Shown: piece by piece, positions 26,998-37,746 of the stretch
Layout of the letters: every line of letters starts with the position of its first letter
Numbering within the stretch: position 1 is the stretch's first letter
DNA from: an uncultured Sphingobacterium sp.
GTDB taxonomy: Bacteria; Bacteroidota; Bacteroidia; SpSt-205
Length of the DNA: 64,000 nt
Direction of reading: 5' to 3'
Assembly: GCA_964489015.1 (NCBI GenBank)
Contig: CAZAXD010000006.1
Coordinates: 15,574-79,573, forward strand
Program-made: the position numbers and the translations under genes
Notes under the pieces: model-generated
Seen by the model: the letters and a program-made list of their open reading frames with translations, nothing else
Told to the model about the DNA's origin: nothing
The model's database searches: none

Positions 26998-29900
26998 TCA
27001 GTTTAGCTTTTCGGCGATGGCACACACCAAGCGGTGCCGCTGAATGCGACCGGCCGCCAGATCGGTAAGCTCTACCTCTATGACATACACGCCTGCCGGC
27101 AGGCGACGCCCATCCGAAGTGGTCCCGTCCCAACGAAACCGATTTTGGCCCACCTCTAAAAGCGCACCGGGGGTGAGCTCGCGGATGAGCTGGCCATTCG
27201 GATAAAACGCTGTGATGCGGGCTTTCTGAGCGGGTTTGTCCGCAGAAATGACGATCGTCGTCCAGTCTTCGTATCCATCATTATCAGGGGAAAAAGTGCG
27301 CGGCTCAAGGTAAACCCCCGCTTGATTACCTGTCGGGTATTCCCGTTGGGAATTCGCATAACCGGGGGTGCCATACCCCACCGTACTAGCTGCGGAGTAC
27401 CAGTTGAGCGGTTCCTGAGCGCTTCGATGCGGGGATAACCGCTCTAAGGCAACGCCCCGCCGACTACGAAGATCGGGAAAGTGGTACGCCTGGGTGTACG
27501 GCACTCGCTCTAAAACCAGCGTATCCGCGAGCCGCACTAACTGCACCACATCGGCATCATAATCATAAGCCGGTAGCCGCGCAGCCTGACAGAAGCGCGC
27601 AGGGGGGGGCGGCCCGTAACGCGCCTTGACGTCTGCTGTATCCGTAGTCACACAAACGTAAGCGCCCGGCGGCACCAGATACGCTGGCAGGGGACTTAGG
27701 CTCTGTAAAGAATCACCCCGAGCTAACGCTAACTGAGCTAGGTTGAAAAACTTTTCACTGGTATTGTAAAGCTCGATGTAGCGCGCACCCCCCGACTGCG
27801 GATACGATAGCACTTCATTGACAATAATCTGGCCCACCTGGGGAACCGCCGGTACCCATAGCTCGGCCTCTAGGGGCGGCATGGGCTGCAAAGCGCAATT
27901 CAAAAGGCCGCTTAGCTGTATCGTATACACCTGGCTTTCTTCTAGGGCCTGCATGAGGAATAACTCGACCGCACGCCCCCCATCTAAGGGCGTATAAGCT
28001 AAGACAGCCACCGCTGGCGAGAATGTATACAGAGATGGCTGGGCTAGGAGCGATTCCGGCAAAGCTTCACTAAAGCGAATGACAAGGGTATAAGGCGCTA
28101 CGTAGGTAACGCTCAGGATCTGTACGCCGAGGGAGAGCTGCGGATCATAGACGCTATTAGGCTGGGCTGGCGTGCCCCCTCGTGGGTCTAGCGAGGCCCG
28201 CCAGCCGAGGCTCTCCGCACAAAAGGCATCCGGCTGGATACGCTCTAAGCTCCAACCTCCATCGTCTTTGGCAGAGTCCCGGTACCAGCTTCGCTGGTAT
28301 CGCAACTGATCTATTAGGTCACCATCCGCAGTAGTGATTTGAATAGTAGCGCCGGTATTACTCAGGACTGGAAAGCCGTCTAAGCCCACCGTCCGCCCCT
28401 GTCCGTAGTAGGCGATGGCCCCTTCAGGCGAGGCTAAAAGGATGTACTCCCCCGGCCATAACGCTAAACGCGGAAAGCGCACGGCACTACCATTCACAAC
28501 AAGCTGCCAGTTGGTAAGGTCTAAATACCGATTAGAGCGATTGAAAAGCTCTACGTACTCAAAAGCTGGTAGGCCCACTGTAGGCTCCGGATCGGCCATG
28601 ATCTCGTTGATAACGATATCAAAGGGCGAGGGAGGGGCCGGCACGGCAAAATTCACGGAGAGGATAGAGTCATTCCCCTGGCAGTCTACAGCTTCGACGG
28701 TAAGCGTATAAGTCTGACTCGTCACAAGCGGTGCAGAGAGTGTAAGGCGAATCACCTCCGGCGAGAGAAATGACACAGCCGTGACACTCAAGCCGCCACT
28801 AAGCTGATAATGAACAAGGCTTTGCATCAGAATAGTATCCATGCTTTCAGAAAAGTATAGGCGCAAAGCGGCAGGCGCCTCCACCTCCACAAAAGTCAGA
28901 ATAGGCGGCATGGTATCCCGCCAGCGACCCAGGACACTATTGGGCTGGCCGGGCGTGCCGCCTCGTGAATCCTCAGAAGCTATCCAGTTGGAGTCTCGCG
29001 CACACAAGTCATCGAGGTCTATGCGCTCTAAGCTCCAGCCGCCATTTCTCTTCACACTCGAGCGGTACCACCGGTCAAAGTATACAACCTGGTCCAGCAG
29101 CGTACCATTGTCTGCCAAAAGAGTGAGGCTGTCAGAAGCATTATTGAGAGAAGGCCAACTTGCAAGCGCTAAGCCCTGAGGATAAGCGCCTGCGGCTGTA
29201 CTAGGCACTAAAAGGACATACCCCCCTGGTGGCAACAGCGCCGCAGGTAGTACCACACAACCCAAGCCGTCACAAAACCGCCAGCCGGCCGTGGAAAACC
29301 ACTTATTCGAGCGGTTATATAGCTCTACGTACTCATGGGGTGGTAAACCCACAGGGGGATCGGGATCCGCCATGAGCTCACTAAAGATCACGTCACCAGG
29401 AGCGGGAAGCTCCGGCCAAACGAAGGGTTGACTACCACCCCCGCTATTGCCTGCCTGATCTAAGATGCCCGTCGCACTCAGCGTATAAAGCTGCGAGGGC
29501 TGGAGACTAGCTGCTAAGCTGAGCTCTACTTCTGATCCCGAGATCAGGCTAGCGCTGGAGACGCTGATCCCGCCAGGGCTGATGCTGTAATTAAGGGGGT
29601 TTTCGGCGGAAGCAGCCTGAACAGGCTCATCGTAGCGAGCCCGTAATGTCTGACCATCTAGTACAGTGACCTCCACCAGCGTAGGGGGCTGCGTGTCGAC
29701 AATCGGCGGTCCGATATAAAAGTCGTCAAAGTAGAGATTCTGGCGATTGGTCGAGGTGTGCTGAAAATATACCCCAAAGTAGCTCGTCGTCGTATACGCT
29801 AAATCCGTGACCGTAAATTCAGGCTCCCAGTTGCCATTACCCAGCGTATCTGTGAAAGCCGCCCAGACGCCTCCGGCGGTGCGCAGCACTTTGAGCCAAA

Positions 29901-30348
29901 GGACGTTATTGCTGCCCCCAAACCGCCCAGGTCGCCCCCCTGCTAAGCGCGTATGAGCCGCTCCATTTTGATACCACAGCTCCAGGCTATCGAGGCTGCC
30001 GCTGATGCCGCCTAGCTTGAGGTAGTAGCCCACCAGGTTGGGATCGGAAAGGTCCGCTCGATCCGCTACCAGATAAACCCGCGCATAGTTTTGCGTAGAA
30101 GGAGCAAAAGCCACTCGCACCCAAAACCGCCACTCGACATCATCTAGGAGGGCATTAGGCGTAGATAGATACAAGATAGCCGTGGCAGCAGGACCATTGG
30201 CGCGCAAGCGCTGATCAACCGTTATCTGCCAGTAGGCATCCGTCCCGCTCCAGATGGGGTTATTGGTAAAATCTCCATCCGAAAAGCCATCTTGAAGCTG
30301 CGCTAGTAAGGCGCTTCCTAAACCGACCAGACAGAGTAAACGGTGCAC
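26998..30348 (-). CDS. large secreted protein with three lamin-tail (LTD) domains and a por-type C-terminal domain
   Basis: 1116 aa; signal peptide; three copies of an Ig-like module followed by an LTD (FSELMADPDPPVGLPPHEYVELYNRS; INEIMADPEPTVGLPAFEYVELFNRS; VNEVLSYPQSGGARYIELYNTS); C-terminal beta-sandwich sorting-domain-like tail. GTG start with a -7 box 4 nt upstream. Confidence 0.75.
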   Translation of the reverse strand: MHRLLCLVGLGSALLAQLQDGFSDGDFTNNPIWSGTDAYWQITVDQRLRANGPAATAILYLSTPNALLDDVEWRFWVRVAFAPSTQNYARVYLVADRADLSDPNLVGYYLKLGGISGSLDSLELWYQNGAAHTRLAGGRPGRFGGSNNVLWLKVLRTAGGVWAAFTDTLGNGNWEPEFTVTDLAYTTTSYFGVYFQHTSTNRQNLYFDDFYIGPPIVDTQPPTLVEVTVLDGQTLRARYDEPVQAASAENPLNYSISPGGISVSSASLISGSEVELSLAASLQPSQLYTLSATGILDQAGNSGGGSQPFVWPELPAPGDVIFSELMADPDPPVGLPPHEYVELYNRSNKWFSTAGWRFCDGLGCVVLPAALLPPGGYVLLVPSTAAGAYPQGLALASWPSLNNASDSLTLLADNGTLLDQVVYFDRWYRSSVKRNGGWSLERIDLDDLCARDSNWIASEDSRGGTPGQPNSVLGRWRDTMPPILTFVEVEAPAALRLYFSESMDTILMQSLVHYQLSGGLSVTAVSFLSPEVIRLTLSAPLVTSQTYTLTVEAVDCQGNDSILSVNFAVPAPPSPFDIVINEIMADPEPTVGLPAFEYVELFNRSNRYLDLTNWQLVVNGSAVRFPRLALWPGEYILLASPEGAIAYYGQGRTVGLDGFPVLSNTGATIQITTADGDLIDQLRYQRSWYRDSAKDDGGWSLERIQPDAFCAESLGWRASLDPRGGTPAQPNSVYDPQLSLGVQILSVTYVAPYTLVIRFSEALPESLLAQPSLYTFSPAVAVLAYTPLDGGRAVELFLMQALEESQVYTIQLSGLLNCALQPMPPLEAELWVPAVPQVGQIIVNEVLSYPQSGGARYIELYNTSEKFFNLAQLALARGDSLQSLSPLPAYLVPPGAYVCVTTDTADVKARYGPPPPARFCQAARLPAYDYDADVVQLVRLADTLVLERVPYTQAYHFPDLRSRRGVALERLSPHRSAQEPLNWYSAASTVGYGTPGYANSQREYPTGNQAGVYLEPRTFSPDNDGYEDWTTIVISADKPAQKARITAFYPNGQLIRELTPGALLEVGQNRFRWDGTTSDGRRLPAGVYVIEVELTDLAAGRIQRHRLVCAIAEKLN

Positions 30349-30352
30349 TCTT

Positions 30353-30360
30353 CAAAAATA
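30353..30360 (-). promoter_or_regulatory. -7 box (tatttttg) for LTD giant protein gene
   Basis: Exact motif 4 nt upstream of the GTG at 30348. Confidence 0.6.
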
Positions 30361-30378
30361 CACACCTAGGCGGTGTGC

Positions 30379-31434
30379 TTACAAATTTGCAAGGGTCCAC
30401 GCCATAGCGGCTATAAGGATAGCCGCCTTTCGCAGGCGAGCAGGCTCGATCTTCTCAACGTCGTCCCCGGTACCGTGGTAGTCCGGATGCAGACCGCCAA
30501 AGTAAAAGAGCGCTGGCACCCCTTTCCGGGCAAAGGCATAGTGATCGCTTCGATAAAAGAGCCTTTCGGGATGCTTGCGATCATCATAGCGGTAGTCAAA
30601 GGTCCATCCACAGCAGACGGCGTTGACAGCGTCTTGAATCGCTCGCAGGCGAGGAGTCGTGTACGCTGGGCCGATGACATACAGGTAATGACTGCCTGGC
30701 TCGTGCAGAGTGTCTGTTCGGCCTAGCATGTCTGCATTGAGCACGGCCACAATAGAGTCAATAGGCACTAGGTTATCTCGAACGAAGCGGAAGGCGCCTA
30801 ATAAGCCCTTCTCCTCAGCCGCAGTATGAAAGAATACTATCGAGCGGCGCGGTGGCGGTAGGAGGCTCAGAAGTCGTGCAACTTCTATCAATACCGCCGT
30901 ACCAGACCCATTGTCATCAGCCCCATTGTAAACCTCGCCGCGGCTATTAGTGCCTAGGTGGTCATAGTGCGCCGACACAATGACATACTGCGCCGGATAC
31001 ACGGTGCCACGGCGCAGCGCCAGGACGTTCCAGGCTTCTAAGGTATCGTACTGGGGTAAAGTCGCTGACGGCGTGGACTTTTTGGCTTTTTTGTTAGAGG
31101 GGGCTGGCGCAGAAGGCGGTTCTGGTCGCAAACGCCGTAAAGGGAAGGAATGGACGTAACCCCCTTCCAAAAGCGGCTGATGCCCCCACCGCAGGTGATG
31201 CGAGATGAGGTAAGTAGCGGCAACTTTTTCATATGGGGAGCCTGCCTCGCGCCCCTGCACCGCATCACTCGCCAAAAAAGCCAGGTGCGCCATGAGCTCG
31301 GCTTCTGAGACAAGGACATTCAGTCGCTGTAAGACAACGGTATCCAAGACAAGGCTATCAGGCGCTAGCCGGTCCAGCAGCAGCGATTGTGCTGCTAACC
31401 ATCCACTCAAAAGGCTAAGGACACTCATTCGCAT
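30379..31434 (-). CDS. M28-family zinc peptidase
   Basis: 351 aa; signal peptide; HYDHLG...GADDNGSGTAVLIE...ADMLG zinc-ligand motifs. Overlaps the rpiB end by 20 nt. Confidence 0.8.
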   Translation of the reverse strand: MRMSVLSLLSGWLAAQSLLLDRLAPDSLVLDTVVLQRLNVLVSEAELMAHLAFLASDAVQGREAGSPYEKVAATYLISHHLRWGHQPLLEGGYVHSFPLRRLRPEPPSAPAPSNKKAKKSTPSATLPQYDTLEAWNVLALRRGTVYPAQYVIVSAHYDHLGTNSRGEVYNGADDNGSGTAVLIEVARLLSLLPPPRRSIVFFHTAAEEKGLLGAFRFVRDNLVPIDSIVAVLNADMLGRTDTLHEPGSHYLYVIGPAYTTPRLRAIQDAVNAVCCGWTFDYRYDDRKHPERLFYRSDHYAFARKGVPALFYFGGLHPDYHGTGDDVEKIEPARLRKAAILIAAMAWTLANL

Positions 31435-31855
31435 AAGGCGGGTTTATTTGGCTAATGCGGCGCGCATGACGTCCTCCCTCAAAAGCGGTGCTCAGAAAGG
31501 CATCAACGATGGCTTCGGCTTGCTGCGGTGTCAGGAAACGACCGGGTAGGCACAGGACATTTGCGTCGTTATGGAGACGGGCCAAGCGGGCTATTTCCAC
31601 TTCCCAGGCTAAAGCCGCGCGAACCTGCGAATAGCGGTTGGCCGTCATGCATACCCCGTTCCCACTCCCACAAATCAGAATAGCCCGCTCAGACGGATCA
31701 AACTGCGCCATGAGCTTGTGCACCCATCCCGGGTAATCCGTAGACTCCTCAGAAAAAGGTCCCACGTCGATCACCTCATAGCGATCTGCCAGATACGCAG
31801 CTAGATGCCGCTTGAGTGTAAACCCGGCATGATCGCCTGCCATCCATACACGCAT
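31415..31855 (-). CDS. rpiB: ribose-5-phosphate isomerase B
   Basis: MRVWMAGDHAGF...LICGSGNGVCMTANR RpiB/LacAB motifs. The internal ATG (31855) is preceded by an exact -7 box. Confidence 0.85.
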   Translation of the reverse strand: MRVWMAGDHAGFTLKRHLAAYLADRYEVIDVGPFSEESTDYPGWVHKLMAQFDPSERAILICGSGNGVCMTANRYSQVRAALAWEVEIARLARLHNDANVLCLPGRFLTPQQAEAIVDAFLSTAFEGGRHARRISQINPPYANECP

Positions 31856-31861
31856 CTTGGC

Positions 31862-31869
31862 CAAAAGTA
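31862..31869 (-). promoter_or_regulatory. -7 box (tacttttg) for rpiB-M28 operon
   Basis: Exact motif 6 nt upstream of the ATG at 31855. Confidence 0.6.
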
Positions 31870-31923
31870 CAAACAAACCTGACACCCTTTGTAGCTGCTT
31901 CGGTTCTTGCTCATTTAGGCAGC

Positions 31924-34563
31924 ATGAAGTGGGAACAGTTTACCATCAAAGCGCGGGATGTCCTGCACGGGGCGCTGGAGATGGCCCAAGCCCAACAGCA
32001 CCCTACCGTCGAAAATGGCCACCTTGTCTTAGCACTCCTCGAGAAGGAGGAGAGCGTCACACCATACCTCTTGCAAAAAGCAGGAGTCGCCCCGGCCTCG
32101 CTTAGACAGCAAGTCCAAGCCTGGCTTAGCCGACAGGCTAAGCTACAGGGGGGAAGTGGCACCCCCAACGTAGGGCCAACCTTACAGGAGACCCTTCAGC
32201 GAGCGCTCCAGCACGCTAGCAGGCTTAAGGACCAGTACGTGAGTACTGACCACTTATGGCTTGCCCTCGTAGAAGCCAAAGATGATATAGGCCACCTCCT
32301 GCGTCAGCAAGGTCTCCCCAAAGACGTGCTAGAAAAAGCCATTGAGGCTCTGCGCGGCGGCCAATCTATCAAAGACCCCCACGCCGAAGAGAAATTGAAT
32401 GCGCTCAGCAAATACGCCATGGACCTCACGGCTTTAGCTCGGCAAGGCAAGCTAGACCCCGTCATCGGCCGCGATGAAGAAATTCGTCGCACCCTACAGA
32501 TCCTAGCGCGACGGACCAAAAACAATCCTGTCCTGATCGGCCAGCCGGGTGTCGGCAAAACGGCTATCGTGGAAGGCATTGCCCAGCGCATCGCCGCCGG
32601 TGATGTCCCGGAAACCCTCAAAAATAAACGCATCTTAGCCTTGGACATGGCTGCGCTCCTGGCCGGCGCCATGTACCGCGGTCAATTTGAAGAGCGGCTC
32701 AAGGCCGTCGTCCAAGAAGCCATTCAGTCACAAGGCGAGCTGATCCTTTTCATCGACGAGCTTCATAACCTCGTCGGCGCCGGCAAAGCCGAAGGCGCCA
32801 TGGACGCCGGCAATATCCTCAAGCCCGCCTTGGCCCGGGGCGAGCTCCGCGTGATCGGCGCCACCACCCTCGACGAATACCAGAAGTATATCGAAAAAGA
32901 CAAAGCCCTGGAACGGCGCTTTCAGACTGTATACGTAGACGAACCCTCCGTCGAAGAGACCGTTTCTATCCTCCGAGGTCTCAAGGAGCGGTATGAGATC
33001 CACCACGGGATACGCATCACCGACGAGGCTATCGTGGCCGCAGTTGAACTTTCGCATCGGTATATTAGCGACCGCTTTTTGCCAGACAAGGCCATCGACC
33101 TCATCGACGAAGCAGCGGCGCGCTTGCGGCTGGCTTTAGACTCGCTGCCAGAACCCCTAGACGAGCTAGAGCGGAAGATCCGCCAGCTCGAGATCGAGCG
33201 AGAAGCGCTCAAAATCGAAAAAAACGAAGCTAAGGTAGCCGAGCACAGCCGACAGCTCGAGGAGCTTTACGAAAAGCGAAAACAGCTTCGAGCCCAGTGG
33301 GAGACCGAAAAGCAACTGATTCAGCAGATTCGTAGCCTGCAGGAGGAGCTAGAGTCGCTTCGTATATCAGCGGAGCAGGCCGAACGCCTGACGGACTGGG
33401 GCAAAGCAGCCGAACTGCGTTACGGCCAAATGCCAGCCGTCGAGAAGCAAATCGCCGAGCTCAAAAGCCAGCTGGAGGAGCTTTCTCAAAAAGGACTTCG
33501 GCTTTTGCGCGAGGAGGTCACGGCCGAGGACATCGCCGCCATCGTGAGCCGCTGGACGGGCATCCCTGTCTCACGCATGCTAAAGGCCGAAAAGGAGAAG
33601 CTTTTGCAGCTCGAGTCTATCCTGCACGAACGGGTCGTGGGTCAAGAGGAGGCCGTACGAGCGGTCGCTCATGCCATCCGTCGGAGCCGGGCCGGCATCC
33701 AGGACCCCAATCGACCCATTGGTTCTTTCCTTTTTATCGGGCCTACCGGCGTCGGTAAGACCGAGCTAGCTAAAGCACTCGCCGAAGCGATCTTCAACAC
33801 CGAGCAGGCCATGGTTCGCATCGACATGTCTGAGTATCAGGAAAAGCACAGCATTAGCCGACTGATTGGAGCACCGCCCGGTTACGTGGGCTATGAGGAA
33901 GGGGGACAGCTCACCGAGGCAGTCCGCCGACGTCCCTACAGCGTCATTCTGCTAGACGAAATCGAAAAAGCGCATCCGGATGTCTTTAATATTCTCCTGC
34001 AGGTCTTGGACGATGGTCGCCTCACGGATGGCCAGGGCCGTACCGTCAACTTCAAGAACACCATCTTAATCATGACCTCCAATATTGGCGCCCATCTGAT
34101 CATGGAGCGCCTCGCCGACTACCGCGGCCAGGACAAGCCCGCCCTTTTGGCTTCACTCCGGGAAGAAATCCTGATACTTCTCAAGCAGGCCTTTCGGCCA
34201 GAATTTCTAAACCGAATCGATGAGATTGTACTCTTTGAGCCGCTTTCTGAGGAGATGGTGGGGAGCATCGTAGAATTGCAACTGCGACAAGTCCAGCAGC
34301 GCTTAGCAGCGCAGCATGTACACCTGCAATGGGAACCTGAGCTCATCACCCTCTTAGCGAATCTAGGCTATGATGTGCAGTTTGGGGCGCGTCCCCTGCG
34401 TCGGCTCATCCAAAACCTGGTGCTTAACCCCCTAGCGGAGAAACTACTAAGCGGTGAAATTGAGCCCGGCCTTACTGTCATGCTGCGGGCTTTTGATGAG
34501 CGGATCTATTTTGAACTGATTACGGCGGCTACTGCTTCACAAAAGATGTCATATAATCCTTGA
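31924..34563 (+). CDS. clpB: ATP-dependent chaperone ClpB
   Basis: 879 aa; Clp_N repeats, two AAA+ modules ([16 protein letters not shown]), long coiled-coil M-domain, and C-terminal D2-small domain. Confidence 0.95.
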   Translation: MKWEQFTIKARDVLHGALEMAQAQQHPTVENGHLVLALLEKEESVTPYLLQKAGVAPASLRQQVQAWLSRQAKLQGGSGTPNVGPTLQETLQRALQHASRLKDQYVSTDHLWLALVEAKDDIGHLLRQQGLPKDVLEKAIEALRGGQSIKDPHAEEKLNALSKYAMDLTALARQGKLDPVIGRDEEIRRTLQILARRTKNNPVLIGQPGVGKTAIVEGIAQRIAAGDVPETLKNKRILALDMAALLAGAMYRGQFEERLKAVVQEAIQSQGELILFIDELHNLVGAGKAEGAMDAGNILKPALARGELRVIGATTLDEYQKYIEKDKALERRFQTVYVDEPSVEETVSILRGLKERYEIHHGIRITDEAIVAAVELSHRYISDRFLPDKAIDLIDEAAARLRLALDSLPEPLDELERKIRQLEIEREALKIEKNEAKVAEHSRQLEELYEKRKQLRAQWETEKQLIQQIRSLQEELESLRISAEQAERLTDWGKAAELRYGQMPAVEKQIAELKSQLEELSQKGLRLLREEVTAEDIAAIVSRWTGIPVSRMLKAEKEKLLQLESILHERVVGQEEAVRAVAHAIRRSRAGIQDPNRPIGSFLFIGPTGVGKTELAKALAEAIFNTEQAMVRIDMSEYQEKHSISRLIGAPPGYVGYEEGGQLTEAVRRRPYSVILLDEIEKAHPDVFNILLQVLDDGRLTDGQGRTVNFKNTILIMTSNIGAHLIMERLADYRGQDKPALLASLREEILILLKQAFRPEFLNRIDEIVLFEPLSEEMVGSIVELQLRQVQQRLAAQHVHLQWEPELITLLANLGYDVQFGARPLRRLIQNLVLNPLAEKLLSGEIEPGLTVMLRAFDERIYFELITAATASQKMSYNP

Positions 34564-34581
34564 AGATAGCCGTACAAGGCG

Positions 34582-34589
34582 TAGATTTG
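34582..34589 (+). promoter_or_regulatory. -7 box (tagatttg) for recR-GT2-lipoprotein-GT9 operon
   Basis: Exact motif 4 nt upstream of the recR GTG at 34594. Confidence 0.6.
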
Positions 34590-34593
34590 CAGA

Positions 34594-35208
34594 GTGGAGC
34601 AGCGGTTTTTACCGGGGCCGATAGAGGTCTTGCGCGCGGGCCTACAGCAATTGCCGGGCATAGGCCCGCGCAGTGCTCTTCGGCTTATCCAGTTTCTTAT
34701 GCGACACCCCACTGAGCGGAAATCCCTCTTGGAGGCGTTAAGAGCCGTTGACAAGCACGTAGATACTTGTCCGGAATGCGGCTTCTGGAAAGTGCAAGTG
34801 GCGCCCGTCTGTCCCCTCTGTAGCGATCCCAGTCGCGAAGAGCGCGTGCTTTGTGTGGTGCGTGACGTGAATGACATTCTAGCTATCGAAAAAAGCCAGG
34901 CCTTCCGGGGCCACTATCATGTTTTAGGGGGCGTTTTAGACCCATTAGCCGGCGTTTTGGAAAAGGACCTTCGGCTCGATCCGCTCTGGAGGCGCCTGCG
35001 CAGTGGCACCTATCAGGAGGTGATCTTGGCCCTTGGCACCAGCCCCGAAGCCGAAACGACAGCCTACTACCTCGCCCAAGCCTTAGCTGATTGGTCAGGT
35101 AAGGTCACCCGCTTTGCCAGTGGAATCCCCTTCGGCACAGATCTCGAGTACGTCGATGTATTAACTTTGGCCCGAGCTGTTCGTGAACGCCAATCCTTTC
35201 ATACATGA
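34594..35208 (+). CDS. recR: recombination protein RecR
   Basis: LPGIGPRSALRL HhH, C4 zinc finger (CPECG...CPLC), Toprim domain. GTG start with a -7 box 4 nt upstream. Confidence 0.9.
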   Translation: MEQRFLPGPIEVLRAGLQQLPGIGPRSALRLIQFLMRHPTERKSLLEALRAVDKHVDTCPECGFWKVQVAPVCPLCSDPSREERVLCVVRDVNDILAIEKSQAFRGHYHVLGGVLDPLAGVLEKDLRLDPLWRRLRSGTYQEVILALGTSPEAETTAYYLAQALADWSGKVTRFASGIPFGTDLEYVDVLTLARAVRERQSFHT

Positions 35209-37001
35209 GAGAGCCGCTCTTCTCCGTCATCATTGTTAATCGCAACACCAAGTACCTCCTCTACCAGTGTCTGTGCTCCGTGGAGAAGGGCCTCAGTGAC
35301 CTCCCAGCTGAGATCTGGGTCGTAGACAATGCCTCTACAGACGGCTCACTTGACATGTTACGTCTTCACTTCCCCACCGTCCACCTCATCGCAAACTCTG
35401 TAAATATTGGCTACACCAAAGCCAATAATCAGGCTATCCGTCAGGCCAAGGGGCAGTACCTGCTTCTACTTAATACCGATATCATTTTAGAAGAGGGGAC
35501 TTTCCAAACGCTTCTAGACTTTTTTCGCACGCATCCGGATGCTGGCGCGGTAGGGCCCAAAATCCTACAACCTAATGGTCGGTTTTCGGTCGACTCAAGG
35601 CGGGACCTCCCCTCCGCTTGGAATATCTTTACCAAGATCACGGGGCTATACAAGTTTCGACCCGGAAGTCGCTTTTGGGGATCTTACCACCTGACCTATT
35701 TATCACCCGAAGAGACTACAGCAGTTCCTGTACTGCTAGGCGCTTTTATGTGCATCCCCAGGAAGGTCCTAGAAGAGGTAGGAGACTTAGATGAGCGTTT
35801 TTTCATGTATGCCGAGGATATCGACATATGCTACCGCATAAGCAAGGCCGGCTACAAAAATTACTATGTGCCCGAGCTACGAACGATTCACTACAAAGGG
35901 GAAACTACCCGGCTGCATTCCCTCCTAGCCCTTGTTAATTTTTATAAGTCGGCTATCCAGTACGTTCAGAAATATTATCGAGGCGGGCTTCTTTATTTAG
36001 TAGGGCTTCTTTACCAATTTGGCTTAGTATTCGTGGGGCTGCTTTCCCTGCTCAAGCACCTTTTAGGACGAATCAAGCTCCCCTTGTTGGATGGCCTACT
36101 AGTGTGGGGCGGTCTGCAGCTAACGAAGTGGATAGGTGGGATTGCTTTCCCGCATACAGGGCTCTATGCGCTGGGGCAGGTGCTTATGCACGGTCTGCTG
36201 GGCAATTATCGTGCTCCTTATAGTCTGAAGCGGCTAGGTAGTGCTGCTGCGCTTACCGGCCTGCTCGGTGGCTTGCTAAGCTATTATTACATTCAAAGCG
36301 CAACCGATCCTAAGCCCTACCTGCTAGCGGTATTAGGCAGCTTCAGCCTTAGCACCTTAGTGCGGATAGCCCTAAATGGATTGCAGCAAGGTCACTGGGG
36401 TTTGGGGCTCCCTGCTCCTAAGCGTACGCTCATCCTTGCGGCACCTGAGCAGTTTGCGCGTCTACGGACTCTCTTCCAAGCCATTCGCTACCCCATGAAC
36501 CTGGTTGGCTTTATCAGTCCCACCCCCCATTCAGAAGCCATCGGTACGATCGAAGAGCTAGACGTTCTCATCCCGCGCACCAGAGCTCAGGAACTCATTT
36601 TTTGTAACACTAGCATCCCTTATTACATCATGATGAGCGTGATGACGAGGCACGCCTCCCCTAAGCTTAGCTTCAAAATGATACCGCCCGGCGCTGAGTT
36701 TGTCGTAGGGCCTCGTGGTAGCTGGACTGGCTACCTACCGAAAAGCCCTACGCCTCAAAAGCGTGCCATTGAGCTCGTCTCGGCATTGTTTCTGATGATA
36801 GTGTACCCCGTTACCTTTTGGCTGTATCAAGAGCCCTGGGGAAGCTTCAAGCATTGGTACAACACCTGTCTGCAAGCCTTCTCTTGGAAAGATAGCCGCC
36901 CCCTATCCAATAAGCCCAAGCTAACGAGCCTCGACAACTCACTTGTCAAAGATTACCCGCAGCCGCTCACTGAGAAGCGCAGAACTTCCCTTGAGGTATA
37001 G
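35205..37001 (+). CDS. GT2 glycosyltransferase fused to a polytopic membrane segment and a WbaP-N-like Rossmann domain
   Basis: N-terminal GT2 (FSVIIVNRNT..., DAGAVGPK, YAEDIDICYR); about 150 aa of TM helices; C-terminal KRTLILAAPEQFARLRTL...LVGFISPT...ELDVLIP resembles the CoA_binding_3 N-domain of polyprenyl-phosphate sugar transferases, without the transferase catalytic domain. The ATG overlaps the recR stop. Confidence 0.7.
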   Translation: MREPLFSVIIVNRNTKYLLYQCLCSVEKGLSDLPAEIWVVDNASTDGSLDMLRLHFPTVHLIANSVNIGYTKANNQAIRQAKGQYLLLLNTDIILEEGTFQTLLDFFRTHPDAGAVGPKILQPNGRFSVDSRRDLPSAWNIFTKITGLYKFRPGSRFWGSYHLTYLSPEETTAVPVLLGAFMCIPRKVLEEVGDLDERFFMYAEDIDICYRISKAGYKNYYVPELRTIHYKGETTRLHSLLALVNFYKSAIQYVQKYYRGGLLYLVGLLYQFGLVFVGLLSLLKHLLGRIKLPLLDGLLVWGGLQLTKWIGGIAFPHTGLYALGQVLMHGLLGNYRAPYSLKRLGSAAALTGLLGGLLSYYYIQSATDPKPYLLAVLGSFSLSTLVRIALNGLQQGHWGLGLPAPKRTLILAAPEQFARLRTLFQAIRYPMNLVGFISPTPHSEAIGTIEELDVLIPRTRAQELIFCNTSIPYYIMMSVMTRHASPKLSFKMIPPGAEFVVGPRGSWTGYLPKSPTPQKRAIELVSALFLMIVYPVTFWLYQEPWGSFKHWYNTCLQAFSWKDSRPLSNKPKLTSLDNSLVKDYPQPLTEKRRTSLEV

Positions 37002-37746
37002 AGCCCTGCTAAGTATTTGTTTCGTAGGAAGTTGTTTAGCGCCCAAGCCTCCCACCGTTCCTATCGGATGGCATCTTACGCTTACGGCTGAAAGCGTACC
37101 TGCCTGGTCTGAGACCTGCTTAGAACGGTGCCGTGCCCTGCCACACGGGGCCCTCTCACTCGTTCTACGACGAGATCCTATCGAAAACGCGCCTGAATGG
37201 GTATCGGGTCACCGCATGGCCTTAGCTGTTGCCTTGGAGACCTTAGAACCGCAAACCCTTATCATAGAAGCGCCGCGCGCAGACACCGCGTTTTATCCAA
37301 GCCGAGATGCGGCCTTCTGGCACGAAGCTTTGCAGCGGTGGGTCTTGACCGAACTTCTCCCTTTCCTATCCACTTATCCTACGATTGAGCGGGTAGCATG
37401 GGGACGTGGTTTTGAGGCATTGCCGGATTCTTTTTGGGTCATCACCCTCCGCATCGCCCGCAAGGCAGCGCCCGCCCTTCATTGGGGTATTAGCTTAAAA
37501 GCCCCACAACTGGCCCCCGCTCAGTCGATCTGGGACTTCATAGGCCTCGACGCTTCTGAGTCTACAGAACCCCCTAGCCCCGCCTGGGTCGCCTTACACA
37601 AACCGCTTTACCTTTTCTATCCACCCTCGGGGATCTATGAACCTGATACCCTCCAGCAGCTTCTCAAAGCCTGGAATATCCCCCTTGAGGCTGCTTTTTT
37701 ATACACCAATCAGACCATACCAAGCTTATGTCAAAAAAGCTCTTAG
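36991..37746 (+). CDS. putative lipoprotein, unknown function
   Basis: From the TTG at 36991 the N-terminus MRYRALLSICFVGSC is a lipoprotein signal with lipobox. The caller's upstream ATG would overlap the GT2 gene by 59 nt. Confidence 0.45.
   Translation: MRYRALLSICFVGSCLAPKPPTVPIGWHLTLTAESVPAWSETCLERCRALPHGALSLVLRRDPIENAPEWVSGHRMALAVALETLEPQTLIIEAPRADTAFYPSRDAAFWHEALQRWVLTELLPFLSTYPTIERVAWGRGFEALPDSFWVITLRIARKAAPALHWGISLKAPQLAPAQSIWDFIGLDASESTEPPSPAWVALHKPLYLFYPPSGIYEPDTLQQLLKAWNIPLEAAFLYTNQTIPSLCQKSS

Noticed and set aside
30411-30680. Alternative-frame ORFs inside the M28 peptidase gene (30373-30726 plus strand, 30411-30680 minus strand)
   Set aside because: They overlap a gene with clear zinc-peptidase motifs and have no support of their own.
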